Source of the DNA: an uncultured Verrucomicrobiota bacterium
Lineage (GTDB): Bacteria; Verrucomicrobiota; Kiritimatiellia; RFP12; UBA1067
DNA length: 64,000 nucleotides
Assembly (NCBI GenBank): GCA_946533675.1
Contig: CAMNBZ010000012.1
Location: 4,323-68,322 of the forward strand
Direction of reading: 5' to 3'
This document shows positions 9,740 through 20,027 of the stretch, in pieces. The translations under genes were made by a program, and so were the position numbers. The notes beneath the pieces were generated by a model. The model ran no database searches, was not told the origin of the DNA, and saw only the letters and a program-made list of their open reading frames with translations. How positions within the stretch are numbered: position 1 is the stretch's first letter; each line of letters opens with the position of its first letter.

Positions 9740-10893
9740 TTATTTTGGGCGGCGGGCGGCGGCGCCCGGGAGCCGCACGTTCACCCGCGGATCGCCGTAG
9801 AAGATCGTCGCGTCGCGGTCCCACTCCAGCCCCGCCTTCTCGCGCGCGTCCGCCCAGTCGCCGGTCGCCAGCTTGCGCAGCAGCCGCTCGTTCGCCTCGA
9901 AATAGCTTTCGACGAGCGAGCGCTCGCCGTCGGCGAAGAGCCGCCACGTCGTCCAGCCGACGAACCCGAACCACGTCGGCTTGAAGTAGCCGACGAACTG
10001 GTTCACCTTGCCGAACGACAGCGCGGTCATCACCATGTCGTCCGCGGCGACGTGGTTGGCGATGAGGCAGTTCCCGGCGGCCAGCCACACCTTTTCCCGT
10101 GCGGGCGCGGCCAGCGGCACCGGCTCGCCGCCCGCCGCCGGCGGCCACGACGTCGCGTAGAACCGCCCGCCCTTCGCGAGAATCGCGCCCTGCGAGAACG
10201 GCATCTCCAGATTGCGTTCCGTCGCGTGCGCGCTCGTCAGCACCACGTCCGGATCGAGCCGCCGCCAGGCCTCGGCGAAGACGGGCGAAAGCGACTGCGT
10301 CGAGGACGCGCGCACGATCGTGCCGTCGGCCGCCTTCTCCCACCATTCGCCCTTCGGGAAGGCGTCCGAGAGGACCGCGACCGGCCCCGGCACGACATTC
10401 GCGTCCACGCCGGTCGTCGCCAGCAGCCGTTCCGGCGCCTCCGGCGCGCGCGAACGCGCGATGCGCAGCGCGGTCGCGGCGTCGGGCCCCGTCACGAGGC
10501 CGTAGTAGGCGTCGTCGTACGGGTCGTCGTCGAGCGCGCGCATGAGGCGCTTGAGGGAGAGGAACGTCGGCTCGTCCACCTCGTCCGGCCGCAGGACGAA
10601 CGCCACGTAGCGCGGCTGGACGGCGCGGAGCGCGGCGGCGGCGTTCGTCGGCGCGACGGTGAAGACGGCGGTCCGCGTCTCGTCGCGATGCTTCTCGGCG
10701 AGCGCGTCGGCGACCGCGCGCCAGCTCGGTTCGGCGGCGGTTTCGGGCGACAGGACGATTGCGTAGACCGGCCGCGGCAGGTCGCGCGCGAGCGTGGCGT
10801 CGGGATCCGCGCGCAGGGGCGCGGCCGCCCGTGCGAGCGCCAGCACGGCAGCAGTCTTCAGTCCAATCTCCATCGTCTTCAGTCCAATCTTCA
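9740..10893 (-). CDS. Secreted hypothetical protein
   Basis: N-terminal signal peptide (…TAAVLALARAAAPLRA). No recognised motif. The start lies 7 nt downstream of TGATATAAT. A 21-bp tandem duplication is present at the 5' end. Confidence 0.5.
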
Positions 10894-10914
10894 TGCGTGA
10901 AATTATATCAGATT

Positions 10915-11040
10915 TCTGCGGGGTCTGTCCCCGCGAATTTAGGAAAAGGACATCGGACATCAGACTTCGAAACGGCAAAGCCCTCCGCCGTGGCCTCAAC
11001 ATTGAAGTCAGAAGTCCGAAGTCTGAAGTCAAAAATTGCG
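10915..11040. repeat. Dispersed ~125-bp repeat element, copy A (contains the hairpin GGGGTCTGTCCCC and a GAAGTC[AC]GAAGTC tail)
   Basis: About 80% identical to 42251-42378. Lies in the divergent promoter region between the gene at 9740..10893 and hrpA. Confidence 0.7.
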
Positions 11041-11044
11041 GAAT

Positions 11045-11053
11045 ATGATATAC
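11045..11053 (+). promoter_or_regulatory. Extended -10 promoter TGATATACT for hrpA (AATATGATATACT also precedes the DEAD-box gene at 14355-14366)
   Basis: 13 nt to the hrpA ATG. An identical 13-mer sits upstream of the DEAD-box gene at 14377. Confidence 0.5.
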
Positions 11054-11066
11054 TTTCGCTCGCTTC

Positions 11067-14000
11067 ATGACGAACGACAGCACCATCGACTTCAACTACA
11101 ACCGCGAGCTTCCGATCTGCGCCCATCGGGAGGAGATCCTGTCGCTCCTCAAGTCGCATCCGGTCGTCATCGTCTGCGGCGACACGGGCTCGGGCAAGAC
11201 GACCCAGCTGCCGAAGATGGCGATGGAGCTGGGCCTCGCGCGCATCGCCTGCACCCAGCCGCGCCGCCTCGCCGCCGTCACCGTCGCCACGCGCGTCGCC
11301 GCCGAGCTCAAGACGCCCCTCGGCGCGCTCGTCGGCTACCAGCACCGCTTCGCCCGCGCCCTCTCCGCCACGACGCGCGTCAAGTTCATGACCGACGGCG
11401 TGCTTCTCGCGGAAACGCGCGCCGATCCGCTCCTCCGGGCGTACGACGCGATCATCATCGACGAGGCGCACGAGCGCACGCTCAACGTCGACTTCCTCCT
11501 CGGCATCCTCAAGCGCATCCTCGCGCGCCGCCGCGACCTGAAGGTCATCGTCTCGTCCGCGACGCTCGACACGGAAAAGTTCGCCCGCTTCTTCGACGGC
11601 GCGCCCGCCGTCGTCGTGCCCGGCCGCCTCTTCCCCATCGACATCCGCTACCGCCCGCCCGCCGACGGCGAGGAGGCCGACCTGCCGCGCGACATCGCCG
11701 CCGCCCTGCGCACGCTGCCGCCCGCCGACGACGTGCTCGTCTTCCTGCCGGGCGAGCGCGACATCCGCGAGACGGCCGACCACCTCGCGCGCTCGCCCTT
11801 CCACCGCGGCGACGACGTGATTCCGCTCCTCGCGTCGCTCCCGGCCGCCGAGCAGCAGCGCGCGTTCCGCCCGTCGCCGAAGCGCCGCGTCATCCTGGCG
11901 ACCAACGTGGCGGAGACCTCCGTGACGATCCCCGGCATCCGCGCCGTCATCGACTCGGGCCTCGCGCGCCTGTCGCGCTACGTCCACCGCACGCAGATCC
12001 AGCGCCTCCAGATCGAAGGCATCTCGCAGGCGAGCGCCCGCCAGCGCGCGGGCCGCTGCGGCCGCGTCGGCCCCGGCATCTGCATCCGCCTCTATTCCGA
12101 AGAGGATTTCCGCGCGCGCGAGGCGTACACGCCGCCCGAGGTCCTGCGCAGCTCGCTCGCGGGCGTGATCCTGACGATGCTCGACCTGCGCCTCGGCGAG
12201 ATCGACCGCTTCCCCTTCCTCGATCCGCCACGCCCGACGATGGTGCGCGCGGGCCTGCGCGAACTGCTGGAGCTCGGCGCGATCGGGCACGACAGGCAGC
12301 CCGGCGACGCGCGCGTCGTCCTGACGCGGATCGGCCGCGCCCTTGCGCGCATCCCCGTCGAACCGCGCCTCGCGCGCATGCTGCTCGCCGCCGCCGACCG
12401 CGCGACGCTCCCGTCGGCGCTGCCCGTCGTCGCGGCGATGAGCTGCGACGATCCCCGGCGGCGGCCCGTCGACGAGAAGGAGCGCGCCGACCAGGCGCAC
12501 GCGCCCTTCCGCGTGCAGGGCTCCGACTTCCTCGGCACGCTCAAGCTCTGGCGCTGGTGGCAGGAGCAGGCGGACCGCCTCTCGCAGACGCAGCTGCGCC
12601 GCCTCGCGACGAAGACGTACCTTTCCTATCCCAAGCTGCGCGACTGGCAGAACCTCGTCCGCCAGCTGACCGATCTCGCCCGGCGCCTGAAGCTCGACGT
12701 CGTGAACGACAACGGCGGGCCGGACGCGCTCCACCAGGCGCTGATGTCGGGCCTCCTCGGCCGCCTCGGCCATCTCGACCCCGAGCGGCCGGAATACCGC
12801 GGCGCGCACGCGCTGCGCTTTGCGCTCCATCCGGGCTCCATCCTCGCGAAAAAGCGGCCCGACTGGATCATGGCGGGCGAACTCGTCGACACGTCGCGCC
12901 TCTTCGCGCGCCACGCGGCGACGATCGACCCGCGCTGGATCGAGCGCGTGGCGGGCGACATCTGCAAGCGCAGCTACCGCGATCCGCAGTGGGACGCGGA
13001 GCACGGCTTCGTCCGCGCGCTGGAGCAGGTGACGCTCTACGGCCTTGTCATCGTCCCCGGCCGCCGGCGCGACTTCAGCCGCATCGACCCCGTGACCGCG
13101 CGCCGGCTCTTCATCCTGCACGCGCTCGTCCTCGGCGAATTCCCGCATCCGCCCGCGCCCGTGCGCGAGAACCTCCGGCTGATCGCCGAACTGCGCCGCC
13201 GCGCCGAACGCCGCCGCCGTCCCGAGCTGATGGACCTCGACCGGCTCGCCGCCTTTTTCGACGCGGCCGTGCCCGCGCCGATCGTCTCGTGCGGCGAGCT
13301 CAAGAAGTGGCTCTACGCGGCGACGCCGGCCGAACACGCGCGCTTCCGCCTGAAGCCGGCCGAATGGCTGACGGACGCGGGCGCGTCGTCCACCGACTTT
13401 CCCGAGACGATCCGCCTCGGCAACGCGCAAATCCGCCTCACCTACCGCCACACGCCCGACGATCCCGAGACGGACGGCATCACCGCGACCGTCAAGGAAA
13501 GCGACGCGCCGCTCCTGCGCCGCTGGCGCGCCGACTGGCTCGTGCCGGGCTTGCTGCCGGAAAAGGTCGCCTTCCTGCTCGGCGCGCTCCCCTCCGCGCA
13601 CCGGCGGCTGCTCCTGCCGATCGCGGACACGACGGCGATCCTCCTGCCGCTCCTGAAGCCGGGCGACGAGCCGCTGACGGACGCGCTGCGGCGCATCCTC
13701 AAGGAGCACAACGGCATCCGGCTGCCGGTCGACGCGTTCGAGTCGATCAAGCTGCCGCCGCACCTGCGGATGCGCTTCTGCGTCCGTTCGGACGACGGAA
13801 AGACGACGCTCGTCGAAACGCGCGAGCTCAACGAGATCTTCCGAACGTGCCATGTGCCGCCGCCGCCACCGCCCGCGCCCCACGCGAGCGCCGCCGAGAT
13901 CAAGAAGATCGAGATGGACGTTCAGCGGCTCCTCTGGAAAGCGTCGACGCTGCCGCAGGACATCTACGACGCCATCGAAACGCAGGTGGCGTGGCTGACG

Positions 14001-14324
14001 TTCCCGGAGTGGGCGCGGTACGTGCCGGCGGCGCGCATCGCGGATTATCCGCGCTACTTCAAGGCGATCCAGGTGCGCATCGACCGCGCGCGCCTCAACC
14101 CCGCCTCCGACCGCAGGAAGGAAGAGCGTTTCGCGCCCTTCTGGGAGCAGTACCTCGACGCGGCGACGCGCGGCGTGAAGCTCGCGAGCCGCGCCGCGTT
14201 CGACGACTACCGCTGGCTGCTCGAAGAGTACCGCATCAGCCTCTTTGCGCAGGAGCTGGGCACGGCGGTGCCGGTCAGCCCCCAGCGCCTCGAGATCAAG
14301 TGGCTCGAAGCGACCGAAGGCTAG
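11067..14324 (+). CDS. hrpA: ATP-dependent RNA helicase HrpA (DEAH-box)
   Basis: 1085 aa. GDTGSGKTTQLP, DEAHER, SATLD and the HA2/OB C-terminal region are present. Confidence 0.85.
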   Translation: MTNDSTIDFNYNRELPICAHREEILSLLKSHPVVIVCGDTGSGKTTQLPKMAMELGLARIACTQPRRLAAVTVATRVAAELKTPLGALVGYQHRFARALSATTRVKFMTDGVLLAETRADPLLRAYDAIIIDEAHERTLNVDFLLGILKRILARRRDLKVIVSSATLDTEKFARFFDGAPAVVVPGRLFPIDIRYRPPADGEEADLPRDIAAALRTLPPADDVLVFLPGERDIRETADHLARSPFHRGDDVIPLLASLPAAEQQRAFRPSPKRRVILATNVAETSVTIPGIRAVIDSGLARLSRYVHRTQIQRLQIEGISQASARQRAGRCGRVGPGICIRLYSEEDFRAREAYTPPEVLRSSLAGVILTMLDLRLGEIDRFPFLDPPRPTMVRAGLRELLELGAIGHDRQPGDARVVLTRIGRALARIPVEPRLARMLLAAADRATLPSALPVVAAMSCDDPRRRPVDEKERADQAHAPFRVQGSDFLGTLKLWRWWQEQADRLSQTQLRRLATKTYLSYPKLRDWQNLVRQLTDLARRLKLDVVNDNGGPDALHQALMSGLLGRLGHLDPERPEYRGAHALRFALHPGSILAKKRPDWIMAGELVDTSRLFARHAATIDPRWIERVAGDICKRSYRDPQWDAEHGFVRALEQVTLYGLVIVPGRRRDFSRIDPVTARRLFILHALVLGEFPHPPAPVRENLRLIAELRRRAERRRRPELMDLDRLAAFFDAAVPAPIVSCGELKKWLYAATPAEHARFRLKPAEWLTDAGASSTDFPETIRLGNAQIRLTYRHTPDDPETDGITATVKESDAPLLRRWRADWLVPGLLPEKVAFLLGALPSAHRRLLLPIADTTAILLPLLKPGDEPLTDALRRILKEHNGIRLPVDAFESIKLPPHLRMRFCVRSDDGKTTLVETRELNEIFRTCHVPPPPPPAPHASAAEIKKIEMDVQRLLWKASTLPQDIYDAIETQVAWLTFPEWARYVPAARIADYPRYFKAIQVRIDRARLNPASDRRKEERFAPFWEQYLDAATRGVKLASRAAFDDYRWLLEEYRISLFAQELGTAVPVSPQRLEIKWLEATEG

Positions 14325-14376
14325 CGCGCGGCCGCCGTCCCGTTCGCGGGCGAAATATGATATACTGCGCGGCACT

Positions 14377-15714
<1,338 letters not shown>

Positions 15715-15716
15715 GG

Positions 15717-15738
15717 CCGCCGCGCGCGGCGCGCGCCG
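15717..15738. terminator. GC-rich inverted repeat between convergent DEAD-box helicase and plsY genes (possible bidirectional terminator)
   Basis: GGCCGCCGCGCGCGGCGCGCGCC forms an imperfect GC stem-loop. There is no U-tract, which is typical for high-GC genomes. Confidence 0.3.
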
Positions 15739-16377
15739 TCAGGCCGGCTTGCCCTTGAAGAGGTAGATCTTGTTCTCGCTGCCGGCGACGAGCCGCGCAA
15801 TGTTCGAGCGGTGCTTGTAGATCACGAAGAGCGCGATCACGGAGATGAGGATCGCCTGCGGCAGGCTGCGCCCGACGCCGCAGAACGTCCCGCCCGTCAG
15901 GAACGGCACCCACACGCCGACGGCGAGAAACGCCGCCGCGAGGCACGAGCCGAGCGAAATGTAGTGGAAGAGCGCGAAGACGACCGCGAAGAGCGCGAAC
16001 GCGACGCCCACCAGCGCGGGCACGAGCGCGACAAGCATGCCGAACGCCGTCGCCACGCCCTTGCCGCCCTTGAACTTCATGTACGGCGTGAGCATGTGGC
16101 CGACGACGCACATCACGCCGACCGCGAGCGGCAGCCACGCGACGTCCGGCGCGCACGCCTTCGCGAGGAGCGTCGGCACGAGGCCCTTCAGGAAGTCGCA
16201 CGCGAACGCGAGCAGCCCCCACTTCCTGCCGACGGTGCGGAAGACGTTCGTCGCGCCGATGTTCTTCGAGCCGACGGTGCGCACGTCCACGCCGCGCATC
16301 CTGCCGATGAGGAAGCCAAACGGGATCGCGCCGACGAGATACGCGCCGACGAGCCACAGGATGCACTCAAGTGTCAT
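15739..16377 (-). CDS. plsY: Glycerol-3-phosphate acyltransferase PlsY
   Basis: 212 aa membrane protein. GSKNIGATN and FKGGKGVAT motifs. Confidence 0.85.
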   Translation of the reverse strand: MTLECILWLVGAYLVGAIPFGFLIGRMRGVDVRTVGSKNIGATNVFRTVGRKWGLLAFACDFLKGLVPTLLAKACAPDVAWLPLAVGVMCVVGHMLTPYMKFKGGKGVATAFGMLVALVPALVGVAFALFAVVFALFHYISLGSCLAAAFLAVGVWVPFLTGGTFCGVGRSLPQAILISVIALFVIYKHRSNIARLVAGSENKIYLFKGKPA

Positions 16378-16395
16378 TTTCCGCTCCTTTCGTTC

Positions 16396-16812
16396 CTAGT
16401 GTTTCAGAAATTTCTTCATCTCCGCCGGCAGCAGGTTCGCCGCGTCGAGATCGGCGAGGTCGCGCCACTCGAACTCGATCCAGTCCTCCTGCGCCGTCGC
16501 CGCCGTGCCGGGCGGCACGGTCAGCGCGTAGACGAGATTGATTTCGGCGTGGGGCCTGCCGTGCTGGACGAACGCATTTTCAACGACGCCCAGCAGCTCG
16601 CCCACGTCGGATTCGACGCCCAGCTCCTCGCGCACCTCGCGCGCGAGCGCTTCGCGGCCCTTCTCGCCGAATTCGATGTGGCCGCCCGGCAGATACGTCG
16701 TCGCGCCGCCCTTCGCGCGGCAGAGCAGCACCTTGCCGTCCTGCACGCACACGCCGCGGGCGATCGTCTCGATGCCCGCGAGCTCATATTCGGGAAAGGT
16801 TCCGTCCGCCAT
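16396..16812 (-). CDS. NUDIX hydrolase
   Basis: 138 aa. Nudix box GGHIEFGEKGREALAREVREELG. Confidence 0.75.
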   Translation of the reverse strand: MADGTFPEYELAGIETIARGVCVQDGKVLLCRAKGGATTYLPGGHIEFGEKGREALAREVREELGVESDVGELLGVVENAFVQHGRPHAEINLVYALTVPPGTAATAQEDWIEFEWRDLADLDAANLLPAEMKKFLKH

Positions 16813-16814
16813 GG

Positions 16815-18518
16815 TCAGATGTGGTTCGGGGTTTCGATGCCGAGGAGATTGAGGCCCGTCTTCAGGATGTCGCCGAAGAGCGCGCAGAGCCTGAGCCGCG
16901 CGGCGCGCACCGCCGGCTCGCTCTTGAGGATCGGCGAATTCTGGTAGAAGCTCGAATAGAGCTGCGCCGTCTGGAAGAGGTAGTCGGCCAGCACGCTCGG
17001 CTTGTACGCCTCCGCCGCGCGCACGACCGCACCCGGGAACTCCAGCAGCTGCAAAGCCAGGCGCTTTTCAGAAGGCGTAGCCACCCTAAACAATCCATCC
17101 TTGGGCAGGGGTTCGGGGGCGCCAGAGCCCCCGTCCGTTCCGCCCTCCCCCGCCTTCTCCATCAGCGAGCAGACGCGCGCATAGGCGTATTGCAGATACG
17201 GCCCGGAATTGCCTTCGAGTGCGAGCGCCTTGTCCCAGTTGAAGTCGATGGCCGTCGCCGGATCGTGCGAAAGGTCGGCGTACTTCACCGCGCCGATGCC
17301 GATCTGCTCGGCCAGCTGCTCGTCGCCGCCGCGCGGCGCGACAATGGCGAGGCTGCGGCGCACCGCTTCGCGCAGCAGGTCGTCGAGCTTGATCAGGTTG
17401 CCTTCGCGCGTCGAGATCGCCTTGCCCTGGTAGCTCATGAGGCCGAACGGCACGTGTACGAGCTTCACCGTGTGGCCCATCTTCGCGGCGATCGAGAAGA
17501 ACTGCCTGAAGTGGAGCTGCTGGCGGTCGTCGGTCACGTAGATGATGCGCTCGGGGTGGTAGTCGGCGACGCGGCTCTCCACGCACGCGAGGTCGCTCGT
17601 CGTGTAGTTGTAGCCGCCGTCCGACTTGCGCACGATGGCGACGCCCAGCTTCTCCGCGTCGAGGTTGACGATGAGCGCGCCCTCCGATTCCTCCGCGAGC
17701 CCCATCCGGCGCAGCTTCTCCACCACGCCTGGCATCATCGCGTTGTAGTAGCTTTCGCCGCGGTAGGTGTCGAACTTGACGCCGAGCTTTCGGTACATGC
17801 GCTCGAACTCGCCGATCGAGATGTCGATGAAGCGCTTCCACAGGGCGAGGTTCTCCGCGTCGCCCTGCTGGAGTTTGACGAGTTCCGCGCGGCACGCATC
17901 CTTCCAGACGCCGTCCGGCTCCTTCGCCTTCGCCGCGCTCAGGACGTAGCACTTCTCCAGCGTCGCGACCGTCAGGTTGGCACGCTCCTCGTCCGTCAGG
18001 CAGTCGCGGTAGCCCTTGATGAGAATGCCGAACTGCGTGCCCCAGTCGCCCAGGTGGTTGTCGGCGACGACCGTGTAGCCGAGCGCGCGGAAGATGCGGT
18101 CGAGCGCGCAGCCGATCACCGTCGAGCGGATGTGCCCGATGTGCATCTGCTTGGCCGCGTTCGGGCTCGAATAGTCGATGACGACCGTCTTTCCCGCGCC
18201 GCGCGGCGGGATGCCGCAGCGGGGCTGCGCGCTGAGCGTCGCGAGCTGCGCGTTGAGCCACGCCGCCGAGACGGTCAGGTTGAGGAAGCCGGGCCCGGCG
18301 ATCTCGACCTTCTCGAACGCCGCCCGGTCCAGCGCGGCGACGACCTTCGCGGCCACCTCGCGTGGATTCGTCTTCATCTTCTTCGCGAGCTTCAGCGCGT
18401 CGTTGCACTGGTAGTCGCCGAACTTGGGATCGGTCGCGGGCAGCACGCGCACGCCGGAGAAGTCTTCACCGGGGAACGCCGCCGCGAAGGCCGCCTGGAG
18501 AGTTTCGTCAAGCGTCAT
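16815..18518 (-). CDS. argS: Arginine--tRNA ligase
   Basis: 567 aa. Class I HIGH (PNAAKQMHIGH) and the ArgRS N-terminal and anticodon-binding domains. Confidence 0.9.
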   Translation of the reverse strand: MTLDETLQAAFAAAFPGEDFSGVRVLPATDPKFGDYQCNDALKLAKKMKTNPREVAAKVVAALDRAAFEKVEIAGPGFLNLTVSAAWLNAQLATLSAQPRCGIPPRGAGKTVVIDYSSPNAAKQMHIGHIRSTVIGCALDRIFRALGYTVVADNHLGDWGTQFGILIKGYRDCLTDEERANLTVATLEKCYVLSAAKAKEPDGVWKDACRAELVKLQQGDAENLALWKRFIDISIGEFERMYRKLGVKFDTYRGESYYNAMMPGVVEKLRRMGLAEESEGALIVNLDAEKLGVAIVRKSDGGYNYTTSDLACVESRVADYHPERIIYVTDDRQQLHFRQFFSIAAKMGHTVKLVHVPFGLMSYQGKAISTREGNLIKLDDLLREAVRRSLAIVAPRGGDEQLAEQIGIGAVKYADLSHDPATAIDFNWDKALALEGNSGPYLQYAYARVCSLMEKAGEGGTDGGSGAPEPLPKDGLFRVATPSEKRLALQLLEFPGAVVRAAEAYKPSVLADYLFQTAQLYSSFYQNSPILKSEPAVRAARLRLCALFGDILKTGLNLLGIETPNHI

Positions 18519-18536
18519 GTTGTCGTCTTTTCCTCT

Positions 18537-19904
18537 TTACTTGCCGACGTTCAGGACCTTGAAGCCCGTCGTGCGCAGCGCCGCCGCGTCGAGGCAGTTG
18601 CGCGTGTCGAAGACGAGCGCGGGCTTGCGCATCGACCGGTAGATCTTCGCCCAGTCGAGCGCCGCGTACTCCTTCCAGTCGGTCATCACGATCACCGCGT
18701 CGGCGTCCTTCGCCGCCTTGTACGGATCCTTCACGTAGTCGATGCCCTCCAGCCCCGCGAGGTCGATCCGGGCGTTGTCGAGCGCCTTGGGATCGGTGAT
18801 CGCCATGCGCACGCGCTCCTCGTTCAGGAGCCGCACCACCTTGCCCGCCGGCGTCTCGCGCGTGTCGCCCGTATCGGCCTTGAACGCGAAGCCGAAGATG
18901 GCGATCTTCTTGTTGGCGAGCGTGTTGAACATCTCCTTGAACAGGCGCGAGACGATGCGCTCCTGCTGGTGGTCGTTCATCTTGATGACGCCCGCCCAGT
19001 ATTCCGCCGCCGTGTGCAGCCCGAACGATTCGCACAAATAGACGAGGTTCAGGACGTCCTTCTTGAAGCAGCTGCCGCCGAAGCCGGGGCCCGCCTTCAG
19101 GAACTTCGCGCCGATGCGGTGGTCCGCGCCCATCACGCGCGCGACCTCGTCCACGTCCGCGCCCGTCGCCTCGCAGAGGCCCGCGATGGCGTTGATCGAG
19201 CTGACGCGCTGCGCCAGCATCGCGTTCGCGGCGAGCTTCGTCAGCTCCGCGCTCCAGACGTTCGTCGTCAGGATCTTCTCGCGCGGCACCCACCGGCCGC
19301 CCGGGCCCGCGTAGATGTCGACGAGGGCCGCGACCGCCGCGTCGCCCGCCGGTGTCTTCGGCCCGCCGATCAGCACGCGGTCGGGCGCGAGGAGGTCCTT
19401 GATCGCCGTGCCTTCCGCGAGGAATTCGGGGTTGCTCAGGACCGTGAACGCCGGGCCGCCGTCGCCGCAGTTGAGGATCGCGTCCATCGCCGCCGCCGTG
19501 CGCACGGGCAGCGTCGACTTCTCGACGATGATCTTGTCGCCCGTCGCGACCTTCTTGATGTTGCGCGCCGTCGCCTCCCAGTACTGGAGGTCGCTCGCGC
19601 GGCCCGCGCCGCGCCCGAACATCTTGGTCGGGGTGTTCACGCCAACGAAGACGATGTCGCAGTCCTTCACCGCCTTGTCGATGTCGGTCGAGAAGAAGAG
19701 GTTTTTGCCGCGCACCTCCCGGACGATCTCCACGAGACCGGGCTCGTAGATGGGCAGCGCGTAGTTCTTCGAGTTCCACGCCGCGATGCGCTTGGCGTTG
19801 ATGTCGACGACGATGACCTTGCGGTCGGGGTTCATCTTGGCGATGACCGCCATGGTGGGCCCGCCGATGTAGCCGGCGCCGATGCAGACGATGTTCTTGT
19901 TCAT
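18537..19904 (-). CDS. ugd: UDP-glucose 6-dehydrogenase
   Basis: 455 aa. N-terminal Rossmann fold (VCIGAGYIGGPT) and catalytic GFGGSCFKKD. Confidence 0.85.
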   Translation of the reverse strand: MNKNIVCIGAGYIGGPTMAVIAKMNPDRKVIVVDINAKRIAAWNSKNYALPIYEPGLVEIVREVRGKNLFFSTDIDKAVKDCDIVFVGVNTPTKMFGRGAGRASDLQYWEATARNIKKVATGDKIIVEKSTLPVRTAAAMDAILNCGDGGPAFTVLSNPEFLAEGTAIKDLLAPDRVLIGGPKTPAGDAAVAALVDIYAGPGGRWVPREKILTTNVWSAELTKLAANAMLAQRVSSINAIAGLCEATGADVDEVARVMGADHRIGAKFLKAGPGFGGSCFKKDVLNLVYLCESFGLHTAAEYWAGVIKMNDHQQERIVSRLFKEMFNTLANKKIAIFGFAFKADTGDTRETPAGKVVRLLNEERVRMAITDPKALDNARIDLAGLEGIDYVKDPYKAAKDADAVIVMTDWKEYAALDWAKIYRSMRKPALVFDTRNCLDAAALRTTGFKVLNVGK

Positions 19905-20027
19905 ACGGGTGCGTAGTATATCATATTTTACCGCCCGAGGCGCGCCCGGCCGTCTACCCGCTAAAGGGGATTGTGGACGCGCGGGCGAAATGGTATACTC
20001 TCCGCCCGTTAAACAGGAGGAACAAAC

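Noticed and set aside
16821-19916. 1031-aa + strand ORF spanning argS and ugd
   Set aside because: Antisense to two well-supported genes. Low-complexity, R-rich composition.
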